Source of the DNA: Girardia tigrina
Taxonomy: Eukaryota
NCBI GenBank assembly: GCA_001938485.1
Contig: MQRK01227610.1
Coordinates: 1-51,361 of the forward strand
DNA length: 51,361 nucleotides
Direction: 5' to 3'
This document shows, one piece after another, positions 24,518 through 35,298 of this stretch. The notes under the pieces are model-generated. The model had not been told where the DNA came from. It saw nothing but the letters and a program-made list of their open reading frames with translations, and searched no databases. Each line of letters begins with the position of its first letter. The stretch's first letter is position 1. The translations under genes were made by a program, and so were the position numbers.

Positions 24518-26600
24518 GACATTTTATTTTGATTCTTATGTTGTATTATTATTATTTGTTCGATGTATTATTATTATATATATATATATTAAAAATATAT
24601 ATTATCTATATAATAGTTATAATATCGATAATTTTATCAAATTCGTGGCATCCTCTCCCTCTTTGATGCATCTTGGGGGGTTGAAAAGGGTTCAGGACAG
24701 TTTCATATTCTCGAAACGAAAATCACCAGTAATCAATGATAATAAATCAATGAGTATTAAGGGAGTTACGCTTCTCCCTAGATTGAGCGCTGAAATTCAG
24801 ATATTCGTGAAAACTCTTTCTGCGAGGACATTAACTTTTCAGGTGGAATCCAGCGACACTATTGAGAATGTCGAAGTTAAAATTCAAGACAGAGATGGGA
24901 TATCGCCGTAGCATCAGTGATTGACTTTTGAGAGTAAACAGTTAGACGATCGGCGAACACTGTTAATTTGACATTCAGCGGGACACAAATCTGCAGTAAT
25001 TGCTAAGACGGAGAGGAGGTATGGATTCGGAAGGTTTGGAAAAGAACTTTGCAGAAAGCTTCCGGAGGAAACGATTCGAAAAAGGATTACTGACAAGATT
25101 TAAGAACAAAGCTTGTGATGCTGAATCAAAAAAAAAGAAAACGGAAGTCTGACTTCAATATGAAGAAAATTACCTGGAACTTTTGGAGAAATTAGAAACA
25201 CTTAAAGATATCGGAACTAAACTGGGAAAGTCAAATGAGATGTTCGAGATCGAAGTGGATTTGAGAGGAATAGAAAGAAAATACGAAGAGATGGAGAATT
25301 TAATGTAGCGCAAAGGGGAGACGAGCGTAACGGACACAGGTTTATGTAGTGCGGGACGCAGTGTTCCTGAAGGAAAATCCCTAAGTGCTTTCAAGAAACT
25401 TACGGTCCCAGTTTTCAGTGGAAATGTGAAGGAATATAAAAGTTAGAGAGCAGACTTCAAACACTGCATTGAACACGCTGATGTTTCCAAGGAGGAAAAA
25501 CTTCTTCACCTGAAGAATTATTTGAGTGGATCAGCCTTGAAACTAATTGAGAGTTTAGGCTATGGTGAATCCGCCTTCGATAAAGCGATGCAGCGTTTGG
25601 AGTCAAGGTTCGGATGAGCTAGACATCTTTCAATTTCGTCTAATAGGGATAGATAAAGATTTCGACCAGTAAGAATCTGAGATGTTCGAGAAATCGAGAA
25701 ATTCTTCGAATTGATCAAGAATGTAATTGTACGTTTTGAGAATATGAACTGAAGGACGAGCTGATTTTGCAGAATTTATTAAGAAAACCTACTGAAGAAA
25801 TGCTTTGTGGAATACGAAAAATGGAATCCTAATCGATATGAAGAGACAAGTGTGGAGAAGTCGCACGAATGGATTCAGGAGGAAGCGATTTTACGATGGG
25901 GTAATCGAGAAACGTTGCTTGGGGTTAAAAGACAAAGTAAAGGAGAGAATAAAAGGGCGTACGTCACAGATCTTTGATTAAATCAGCAACCTTCAGTAGA
26001 AAGAGTTAGACTCAAAATCGAGGTCCTTTGAGAGAACTAGAAGAAACAACGATCAGAATAATGAAATTAATTTTGGAAAAAAGTTTATTTTAAACAAAGA
26101 AAGTCTCACTTTTGAAGAATGTCACAAATTTAATGAGTTAACGAAGAAAGAAAGAGTTAATCTCGTTAAAAAAACGAAAGATTGTGTTTAACTGCCTTCG
26201 AAAAAGCTATCAAGTGAAAGGTTGTCGTTCATTTAAAAAATGTAGTAAGTGTGAAAAGAGGCTCCAATATTTATCCTTAATTAATCAGTATGATAAAAGA
26301 GAAATTTCTAAATCGTCAGAAAACGAAGGACAGACGTTTATGACAAAATATGCCGGGTCGAAGGACGAGAATCTTTACGTGGCTCTAAGGCCGGTCCCAG
26401 TGATAATAAAGATGAATGCAAAGTCTTTAATTAGAAACCTTCATATTGACAATGTCAGTTCTGGGACTTACATAAGTGAAGCGATTGTTAATGAGTGATC
26501 TGATGCTATAATCATCAATTAAATTTTAAAGAAGTCAATGTTGAGTTAAATAACATGGACGGGAAAGTTAAAAAGACAATTATAAAAGTTAAAGACAATC
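24518..26600 (+). mobile_element. Decayed BEL/Pao LTR retrotransposon 5' half (ubiquitin-gag-protease)
   Basis: DUF1759-type gag KLTVPVFSGNVKEY...EEKLLHLKNYLSGSALKLIESL...AMQRLESRFG; BEL zinc-knuckle region ECHKFNEL..KERV...FNCL...CRSFKKCSKC; protease remnant VALRPVPVII...DNVSSGTYISE; AT-rich LTR-like stretch ending in CA (~24639) followed by PBS-like tggcatcc. Confidence 0.85.
24795..25020 (+). pseudogene. Ubiquitin domain at the N-terminus of the BEL/Pao Gag (3 stops and a 2-nt deletion in this copy)
   Basis: [70 protein letters not shown]; 226 nt versus 228 expected; about 43 of 76 residues identical to ubiquitin by manual count; ATG follows at 25021. Confidence 0.93.
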
Positions 26601-27359
26601 TGAATCCGAACATTGATGAAATCAAAGAAATACATTATATCTGTCACTTTGAGATCAACCAAACAAATGAACTACGAAAAAAAATATTTGGTTAGCTCAG
26701 TCAAGTTGGATCAAGTCAAGAAGTCATAATTATATATATTGTTTGTGATACCTCCCAGGACACCGCATTTTTTTGGCAAACAGACTGTGTTTGGTACTTT
26801 CACTTGTCTGTTGACAACCCTCATTATTTTTTTGGATGTGTTTACTTTATTTTATTTCGTATGCGTCTCAGCGTCTGTTGTTATCCTTCGCATGTGGTGA
26901 TTTTTTAATCGATGTGAGTTTTTTTATCTGGATTGAGATTGTCTTTGTTTTTTATTTTTTATTTTTTATATATCGTTTTATTTTGGGATTAACAGAAAAG
27001 TCAAAAGACAAAAATCTGAAAAGAAAAAGTTACAACAAATCCAAAGAACTTGTAAAGGAAAATATTGACAGAGTAAAATTACCGAACAAAAGAAAAAATA
27101 ATATCATACCAAAAAATTCTTTGGTGTACAAACTTTTATAATTTGTCATATGTTTGCGGTTCTGTATCTATTTCACCCACTTCCCACATTTTTTGACTGA
27201 ATTATCAAAGCCTACTAGGCGAAAACCCGCTTTCTATTTGCATTTAGATGTAACAAATTTCAAAGCCTACTACTGAGGAAAACATGAGAACGACACTTTA
27301 ATTACTTTTTGCTGCCAAACTAAAGACGGTAGATGAGCAGTGACAGTGAAAAAGTGTAT

Positions 27360-27970
27360 TTTCACCTAGAATAGATCAGTCCTGAAAGTTTCATGTCGCT
27401 AGGTGAACGGGAAGTGCGTGAATTTTCGATCGCAAGATTTGATGCAAACAAACAAATGAACCGTAATAGAAGCTTGTAATAATATCTATGTCGAAAGAAA
27501 ATTAATTAGTTAAAAGCAGCTAAAACAAGTTAATAAAAAGTCTAGTGACAATTTAAGCGCAATTTCCTTATGTTATTCGGTGCCCAAATATTAAAACGTT
27601 TATATCAGTATTTGACTATGATTAATTTTTTGTGACCGAACGAAAGGATATTTTTGAAAACTTTCTTCGGCAATATTCATCTAAATCATTGCAGGAATCG
27701 ATTGGTAAATGTTTCAAGTCGCTAAGTGGTCTGGTTGCCAAGATATAGGCCAAAAACTGCATTTTTTCGAGGTTTTTTGGCTTTTCCGGGAAATCCAGGA
27801 AGGAAATCCGGGAATTTTTTTGGCCCACAATCATCCTCCGAACTTGCTTAACATATTTGCTTTTGGAATTAGCCCTCGATATTGCTTCGTTGAGGAGGAG
27901 ATACGACTTAAAGCTGCGGACACACATCCATCCATCCATCCATCCACACAGAAATAACCAATTAATAATC
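27360..27970 (+). repeat. Two adjacent non-autonomous Helitron/Helentron-like repeat fragments
   Basis: aaagtttcatg...cgggaagtg...atcgcaagatttg...(caaa)n...agcttgtaataat (27385-27483) resembles 31200-31303; a second fragment carries a (catc)n microsatellite near its end (27925-27946). The family assignment is from recalled motifs only. Confidence 0.4.
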
Positions 27971-28589
27971 GCAATTGTCAGTATGGATATTGCGCTAAAA
28001 AGTTAAATATACAATTGTAATAATTAATCAGAAAAGATTTCGATTTGGAATTTTAAAAAAATTCGAATTCAAAACATAAATCAATAGACAAATTATTAGA
28101 ATTTATATTTATGCTTAGCTGCGAAATTGCTGTTTGACTAACTTGTCATCTGTCCAGTTGCCTGATTATATGTACATTTCTCATCTCGCGAAATACGTTC
28201 CACTGATTGTCTATTTTTCTGGCTAACTCTATATTTCGGACAATCATCATTTCTGAGTATACATATATTTGTGGTTACAGTTATTCATTGGTTTATTTGT
28301 CCCTCTCTTGTAAAAAGGTTATTAACATTAAAAGTTTTCATCATACGACAATTAAGTTTATTATTTTTATTAAGAAATAGTTAACTATACTTTAAATAAC
28401 GTTGATATACTTTATAACTAAGTTCAAACTTCTAAAAAGTATTCTGTTTGATTAACTTAGTTTATCGTTACAACAATTAATAATATTTTGTATTTTTACT
28501 CGTTAGAAACAACAAATTTAGTTATCAGAAGCAGATCGGAGAAAGGAAAAGTTTTTTGTTTCTCTGAGACTGAATTCGATGTTTCTACA

Positions 28590-29960
28590 TTGGTGCCAGA
28601 AGTTACATCAGTACCCACACACACGTTCTCTTTTACTTAACACTAAACCAGAAGCAATATATACGACATTGCATTATATTCAATTCGCTTACACATTCAA
28701 AAAAACACCAGATTCAAGAAAATAACATGTCAAATAAAAACAAAAAGCAATTTAACAACAGAAATAGTCGATTCACAATCATATAACGTCATGAAATTAC
28801 ATTTCAAATTACCAGAGTTCCCTTTAAAGAAAAAAGAAAACTTTAAAACTTGGTTAGACACTTGCACAAATCTATTTAAATTTAATAACATAACAAATGA
28901 AAAAAATAATCTGCACCCATATCATAAATCATCTCCCTCAGGAAATACTAAATAAAATGGTCAACAAATTAAACGCAATCCAACAAATCTCTAATTGCAC
29001 TTGAAAACACATTAAATAAACTCTACCCTCAAAACCTAGACAAAACATTAGAAGAATGCTTCAACGAAACCAATCTAGGAGCTAGGAAACCTTCTGAATA
29101 CCTGACAGAACTTCAAACCAAACTGTTAAATGAAGATAACGTACCTAAGAACACTTTCATTAAATTTTTTTTAGAAGACTATTACCCCTTAACATCAGGA
29201 ATATCGTTCTCGCAAATAAAGATTTAGGCCTGGAAGAACAAGCTAATCTTGCAGACCAGATTTATACCAACGAATCTAACCCAATCAATGCAATTAAACA
29301 AAATTTCTCAAAAAAAGGAAAACCATGAAACCATAAAATTTTTATTAGACAAAATCGAGAAATTAAATGAAGAAATCAAAACACTAAAAGAAAAACAAGA
29401 AATACAGAATTATGTAAATACTCAAAAATACCCATTCCAGAAACTTACGAAACACAATTTTTCAAACAACCAAAAAATTCATACTGCTTTTATCATGCGA
29501 AATTCGGACATAAAACTTTTAAATAAAGTTTATCCAATTTTAACAATAAACATTTAAACGAAACCAGTCATTTAGTTCCGCACCAAAACTAAATGACATA
29601 TACAGCATTTTCACAGTGCAACCACATTACACACATTTTAATTTTCTCGTTGACACAGGTTCAGTCGTTTCAGTTATAACCACACGTTTTGCTCCAATTA
29701 TACAACCACAATCACACACGAATTTGCAGCAAACGGTTCAGAAATAAAAACATTTGGCACAATACCATACATATAACCTACAATTAACTAACAAAATATT
29801 CAGATGGAATTTCGTAATCGCGGACATACCCAAAGCGATTATAGGAGCAGATTTTATGACACACTTTAACTTATTAGTCGATTATAAAAACAAGACACTA
29901 ATTGACACGGGCTATTTAACACATAACAACATAATTCAATTGAAACAAACACCAACAAGT
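28590..29960 (+). mobile_element. Decayed Ty3/Gypsy element, CsRn1-like clade (gag and protease)
   Basis: ...taca followed by PBS-like tggtgcc (28591); gag LGARKPSEYL and YCFYHAKFG (CHCC type); protease FLVDTGSVVSVI, AANGSEIKTFG and FRWNFVIADIPKAIIGADFM. Confidence 0.88.
29553..29597 (+). promoter_or_regulatory. -1 ribosomal frameshift signal: T TTA AAC, 7-nt spacer, 11-bp stem-loop
   Basis: tttaaac-gaaacca-gtcatttagtt-ccgcaccaa-aactaaatgac, located between the gag knuckle and the protease. Confidence 0.8.
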
Positions 29961-30746
29961 AAACCAATCTTATTATACATCACAAAAACAAAAATTACAA
30001 CATTCTACAAGCAGAAATCATTTAAAAACAAAGCAAATCGATACAACACATACTAAAACGGAAATAAAATCACTCGACAGTAACACAAACTATTACAACT
30101 ACACAAAATTAAAAAAAAGTATAATGACACAAACGCAAATCTTAACTCTATGAATTTAACAAAAACAGAAAATCCAATACCAAACCAAACAAACTGTTGG
30201 GTTCTTGATCGAGATTAAGATTCATTAACACCAAAATATTATTTCTAACATAAATAACAATTATTCAAACAATTTTCCGTCGAGGAACTTTTCTTCGTTT
30301 TCTTTTTGACCAGATTTTTTATATAAAAATATGGAATTATAAATACTGAGAAGCTATTGAAAATTGAAATTTTTTATTCTATTTATTTTGAAAATTTACA
30401 TTCCACTATTTTATGCAATTTAATTTAAATTAAAACCAACATAATTTATTGTAGTCATATTTTTACTAAATTAACAAAAATGATTTTTTATTATTTTAGA
30501 ATTAGTTTAATGTTATTTTCTTTTATTTGTGAAAACGTTTTTAATTAATTAAAGATTTTGACGTTTTATTTATTATCAATATTTCAGTTCAAAAGCCTTT
30601 TATTACCAACAATTATTTTAAATACAAAAATATACAATTTTAAATACAATACAAATTTTAAATACAATTTAAATACAATAATATTATTAATAAAAATTTT
30701 TTTTTATAAAAACAACCACGTTTTTCAAGCATTACCAATGTACTAA

Positions 30747-30952
30747 AAAGGGGAAAATAATTCTTTTTTCTAGACATGTGCGAAATTTTATACCTAACCA
30801 AAAACGTGGGGCAGATTTCTGAATTACTGCTAGTAGTAATTGCTATTTCCTCTTTACTGCTTTTTAGTAACAATCGATCATTTCTATGCCCCACGTTTTT
30901 GGTTAGGTATAAAATTTCGCACATGTCTAGAAAAAAAATTATTTTCCTCTTT
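30747..30952. repeat. Foldback inverted repeat (50-bp perfect core arms, 73-bp spacer)
   Basis: 30764-30813 is the exact reverse complement of 30887-30936; abuts an assembly gap. Confidence 0.85.
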
Positions 30953-31849
30953 NNNNNNNNNNNNNNNNNNNNNNNNNNNNNNNNNNNNNNNNNNNNNNNN
31001 NNNNNNNNNNNNNNNNNNNNNNNNNNNNNNNNNNNNNNNNNNNNNNNNNNNNNNNNNNNNNNNNNNNNNNNNNNNNNNNNNNNNNNNNNNNNNNNNNNNN
31101 NNNNNNNNNNNNNNNNNNNNNNNNNNNNNNNNNNNNNNNNNNNNNNNNNNNNNNNNNNNNNNNNNNNNNNNNNNNNNNNNNNNNNNNNNNGAAGCAAGCC
31201 TGTATAAAAAAATTCAGCTCAATTGGATGACTGAAAGTGGTCGAAAAATCAATCGCAAGATTTGTTCCAGACAAGAAACGAAGCTAAGTAAAACGTGGTA
31301 AAAAATAATTTACAGTATTCAAATTTTTATTATTATTACGCTACATTAATGATAAAAGTTTTAATTTTTATTTTTTTACGAAAACTGTTTAGAATTAAGT
31401 ATTTGTCAAATCTTTAATTTGCAGAATTTCAAACTGACTTTAAAATTATTTGTTTTTTTTAATTTACACATCTCTGGCAACAAAGTTCATTATTTTATTT
31501 TTTAGAATAACTTTTAAAATTAGTACAAACATAATTATCCTTGTCTTTATATATTTCTTTTAAATCAATTATTTAAAAACCCATTATTTCCCAATTAATT
31601 TTATTTTAAGTTTTTACTCTACAATTAAAATTCGATTATTTCCGAAAATAACTTTTTAAAATTAATTAAGATATATTTTTTTAATTATAATTGCTTAGAA
31701 AACTTTTCATTTTAAATATTTCCTTATTTTAGAAATTCTTTATAAAAATTAATTGTTTCAAGAATTTTAAGAGTGAGCCTGTCCTTTACACACATAAAAA
31801 ATGAATTAAACTACATAACTAAACTACACATGATACAACGAAACAGATA

Positions 31850-32060
31850 AATAATTTTACCAACCGATGCATCGAATTTCGCATTATTTCCGCAACATTA
31901 TCACAAAGAATTAATAATCAAGAAGTTCCAATAGCTTTCTTTTCTCAAAAACTAAACGAAACCGAAGCACGGTATTCAACTTTTGACCGTGACCTATTAG
32001 CCATATACAGAGCCATCTAAAATTTCCAAGAATATTTAGAACACAGAACCTTCACAATCA
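31850..32060 (+). mobile_element. Gypsy RNase H fragment (probably the same CsRn1-like element)
   Basis: TDASNFA...KKLNETEARYSTFDRDLLAIYRAI..FQEYLEHRTFTI. Confidence 0.8.
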
Positions 32061-32168
32061 ATAGAGTCAAGTTGGATCAAGTCAAGAAAGTCATAAATCA
32101 ATCTTATATTGTTAAACCTCATGAAAAAAGTATCAACATGGATGAGGCTCCGACCACCAGATCCACCT

Positions 32169-32450
32169 GTGGCGACCGACAGCCCTTTGACGTGCGGAAA
32201 GTTTATTTCTGAAAAGTTCGGTGCAGCAACCAGGCAGTAGTTGTGTATCGGTTGAGTCCAGCGGACACCGGCGGACTCGTCGTTGTGTGTCGGTCCTGCG
32301 ACTGATTTATAGCAGTTCCATGTCGAGCAGTGAAACCCGGAGCGGTGAGCCGTACGATCGGTGAGTACTTGCGAGATCACATCGGCTCGCGCATAACAGC
32401 ACCGAATTCAACCCAACCAGCTTGTTTTTCCGCAGGGTGGTATAGTTACG
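32169..32450 (-). mobile_element. GC-rich LTR-like segment
   Basis: TGT at one end; minus-strand TATAAAT followed by AATAAA; no convincing TSD. Confidence 0.4.
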
Positions 32451-32569
32451 AGGACACCGCATGAATTTGCAAAATAAAGTCCAACAAAAACGGAGAAAAC
32501 ACGAAAAAAAACTTTAATTTTTAACGACAACAGAAATTTAGTTTGTTTGAAATCGAATTCATATTATCA

Positions 32570-33250
32570 ACTTTAGAGCACCATAATGGAGAATTATCAA
32601 TTGAAATAGTGTGTTATCAACTTTATATCGACTTGACTTATTTCAACGATGTACATATTTGAAGATAGTTTACTCAGCAAAAACGCTTTTCATCTGGATA
32701 AAGCTGCATAATGAATCTGTTGAGAAAATGATTTGCCATATATAGAGTATATTTGCATAATTCGGTGCACCTAAAATTTTTTTTGACAATGGAGATGCTT
32801 ACAGAAGTACTCCAATGAGATAGTTAATGGATAAATTGAAAATTGAACTATGTTGTACATCTGATTAACGACTTCATGGAAACATGTGAGACAAACCACT
32901 GTACACAAAGGCAATGTTAACAAGACCTAAAAAGATGATTAGTGAATGAATATTTTGGTATAACAGCACAACAGATCATAGAAATATGGGCCATATGAAT
33001 TGATGTACCATGCAAAATGATATGAGATGAACGCGAGGTGAAAGGTAAAGTCATTTCAAAATGTAACGGGAATGATCAATATGACAACATAGAGAAAAAT
33101 CCTTTCAGTATTGGTAAGTGTTTATTTGAGAATAAATGGAAAATTAGATGAACTATGCATTTTGCCTTATTTAATCAAACCATTAAAATCCGCAGTATTG
33201 GTAGAGCTTGACGACAACTGTATTACAAACTAAATATCCAACATCAGGAG
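32570..33250 (+). mobile_element. Decayed Gypsy integrase core fragment
   Basis: FGAPKIFFDNGDAYRS...LMDKLKIELCCTS..RLHGN resembles the integrase catalytic core. Confidence 0.65.
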
Positions 33251-33843
33251 AACAACGAAAATGCAAGAATCCACTGCAGTTGATTCCGATGATTATAGCA
33301 CAAACAGTGATAACGAAGTTGGAGACCAGATAACTCACAAGATAAGAAGTGATTACACTTCAGATAGCGATGGTGAAATAGAAGAACTAGAAGCTCAAGG
33401 GATGAACTTCATGCATCGAATTTCATAATGGACATGTCATGCAATATTAGATTAACTTCCAGCTACAATAATGAACAAAATTGCTTTAAAATTTGATGAG
33501 AAAATTTGAAACAAAATAATATAGATAAAGAATCCTTCTAGAAAAGCAAAACTCAAGTTCATTGAGACCTAATTGTGCTGCCTCCTTCGAAATAAAAGTA
33601 GAGTTTCAAAATAAACCCAAAAATAATAAAATTCCTTATGTCAGATGTATATTCTAAGATTATTACAATAATTGTGATTATTCGTTAAATGTAAATTAAT
33701 TTATAAATGTATTCAAAGATTAACGAGCAACTCTGACTAAAGTAAATTTAAATCTCTATTGAATGATTATTTCCGAAAATCAAAAACTAATTGTATTTGA
33801 AAAGAAAATAAAAATAAAGTAAATTTTACAAAAAAAATTGATT

Positions 33844-35187
33844 TTAATGAGTACAGTGTTGATAGTTTCCTTTGAAAGCGTTTATTACATTTTCTATTTT
33901 TTCGTGATAATAATATCCCAAGAAACCACCAAGTAATGCCACAAGTAAAAAAAGCAATAACAATTTCCAACTTAATTCTTCCAATCTGTGATCTGTTAAT
34001 TCGTTTAAAACTGTAAAAAGAGTACATTGTCCATCGACAGCTCTGGATGAACTTCCATCATTCACGTTGATTAAAGCCCCCGCAGTTCTTTCATTCGATC
34101 TTTTTGACGTCAAATTTGCATCGCGAGCTCCACTTTGGTCATATGATCCTCTTTCATTTGATTTTCTCGAATACATATTTCCATCAGCACCACTTTGATC
34201 TTGTGATCCTCTATCATTCGATTTTCTGGCATACATATTTCCGTCAGCACTTCCAGCCTGATCATAGGAGCCCCTATCGTTCGATTTCTTAGAATACATA
34301 TTTCCATCAGCACCACTTTGATCCTGTGATCCTCTCTCATTCGATTTTCTAGCATACATATTTCCGTCAGCACTTCCAGCCTGATCATAGGAGCCCCTAT
34401 CGTTCGATTTCTTAGAATACATATTTCCATCAGCACCACTTTGATCCTGTGATCCTCTCTCATTCGATTTTCTGGCATACATATTTCCGTCAGCACTTCC
34501 AGCCTGATCATAGGAACCTCTCTCATTTGACTTCTTAGAATACATATTTCCATCAGCTCCACTTTGATCCTGTGATCCTCTCTCATTCGATTTTCTGGCA
34601 TACATATTTCCGTCAGCACTTCCAGCCTGATCATAGGAACCTCTCTCATTCGACTTCTTAGAATACATATTTCCATCAGCACCAATTTGATCCTGTGATC
34701 CTCTCTCATTCGATTTTCTGTCATACATATTTCCGTCAGCACTTCCAGCCTGATCATAGGAACCTCTCTCATTCGATTTCTTAGAATACATATTTCCATC
34801 AGCACCAATTTGATCCTGTGATCCTCTCTCATTCGATTTTCTGGAATAACTGTTTCCATCAACTTCTTCTTTTTGATCAAATGAGCCTCTGTCATTAGAT
34901 TTTTTCATAGATAAATCTCTATCTCTGGACTCCTCTGTATTTCTGTCTTGTGAGGCTCTGTTGGCTGACCGCGGAGACAAATTCTGATTGTCAGCTTCAT
35001 TATAATCTTGTGATATCTTTTCTCTTGAACTTTTAGAAGTTAAAAGATAATTTTTTTCATCATCTGCATTATCCAATTGTTTATCTTGTGATTTTTTGGA
35101 ATATTGTTGACTTTCATTAGAGATTGACTTAATGTGTTCTCTTGACACAGATCTTTGATCCTCAAGACCTCCTGATTTTATGTTTTC
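33844..35187 (-). CDS. Terminal exon of an unknown S/D/G/N/R-rich tandem-repeat protein with a C-terminal transmembrane helix
   Basis: Open for 447 codons after a TAG acceptor (35190-35188, phase 0); about 13 alternating 20/21-aa repeats; hydrophobic LLLLFLLVALLGGFLGYYY followed by a 20-aa tail and TAA. Confidence 0.85.
   Translation of the reverse strand, partial: ENIKSGGLEDQRSVSREHIKSISNESQQYSKKSQDKQLDNADDEKNYLLTSKSSREKISQDYNEADNQNLSPRSANRASQDRNTEESRDRDLSMKKSNDRGSFDQKEEVDGNSYSRKSNERGSQDQIGADGNMYSKKSNERGSYDQAGSADGNMYDRKSNERGSQDQIGADGNMYSKKSNERGSYDQAGSADGNMYARKSNERGSQDQSGADGNMYSKKSNERGSYDQAGSADGNMYARKSNERGSQDQSGADGNMYSKKSNDRGSYDQAGSADGNMYARKSNERGSQDQSGADGNMYSKKSNDRGSYDQAGSADGNMYARKSNDRGSQDQSGADGNMYSRKSNERGSYDQSGARDANLTSKRSNERTAGALINVNDGSSSRAVDGQCTLFTVLNELTDHRLEELSWKLLLLFLLVALLGGFLGYYYHEKIENVINAFKGNYQHCTH
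34085..34910 (-). repeat. Coding tandem repeat with a 123-bp (60+63) higher-order unit
   Basis: YxRKSNERGSQDQxGADGNM alternates with YSKKSNxRGSYDQAGSADGNM; length stays in frame throughout. Confidence 0.95.
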
Positions 35188-35271
35188 CTAATCATCATAA
35201 AAAATCAGTTAATCTTTTCAATAATTAGAAATATCAATTCATTATATTAAATAGAAAATAACTTAATATAC

Positions 35272-35298
35272 TTGGTTAATAAGATCGGAGGGACTGGC
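35272..35298 (-). CDS. 27-nt phase 0-0 micro-exon (ASPSDLINQ) upstream of the repeat exon
   Basis: ttttatcttag|gccagtccctccgatcttattaaccaa|gtatat; GC-richer island in AT-rich DNA; an 84-nt intron joins it in frame to 35187. Confidence 0.6.

Noticed and set aside
24795-25020. Functional host ubiquitin gene
   Set aside because: Three stops, a frameshift and ~57% identity, embedded in a BEL/Pao element.
34110-34895. 261-aa overlapping ORF in a second minus-strand frame of the repeat
   Set aside because: It is confined to the repeat; a stop-free unit amplified in tandem produces a long alternative ORF automatically.
34085-34910. CRISPR-like array
   Set aside because: No unique spacers, unit lengths are multiples of 3 within an ORF, and the context is eukaryotic.
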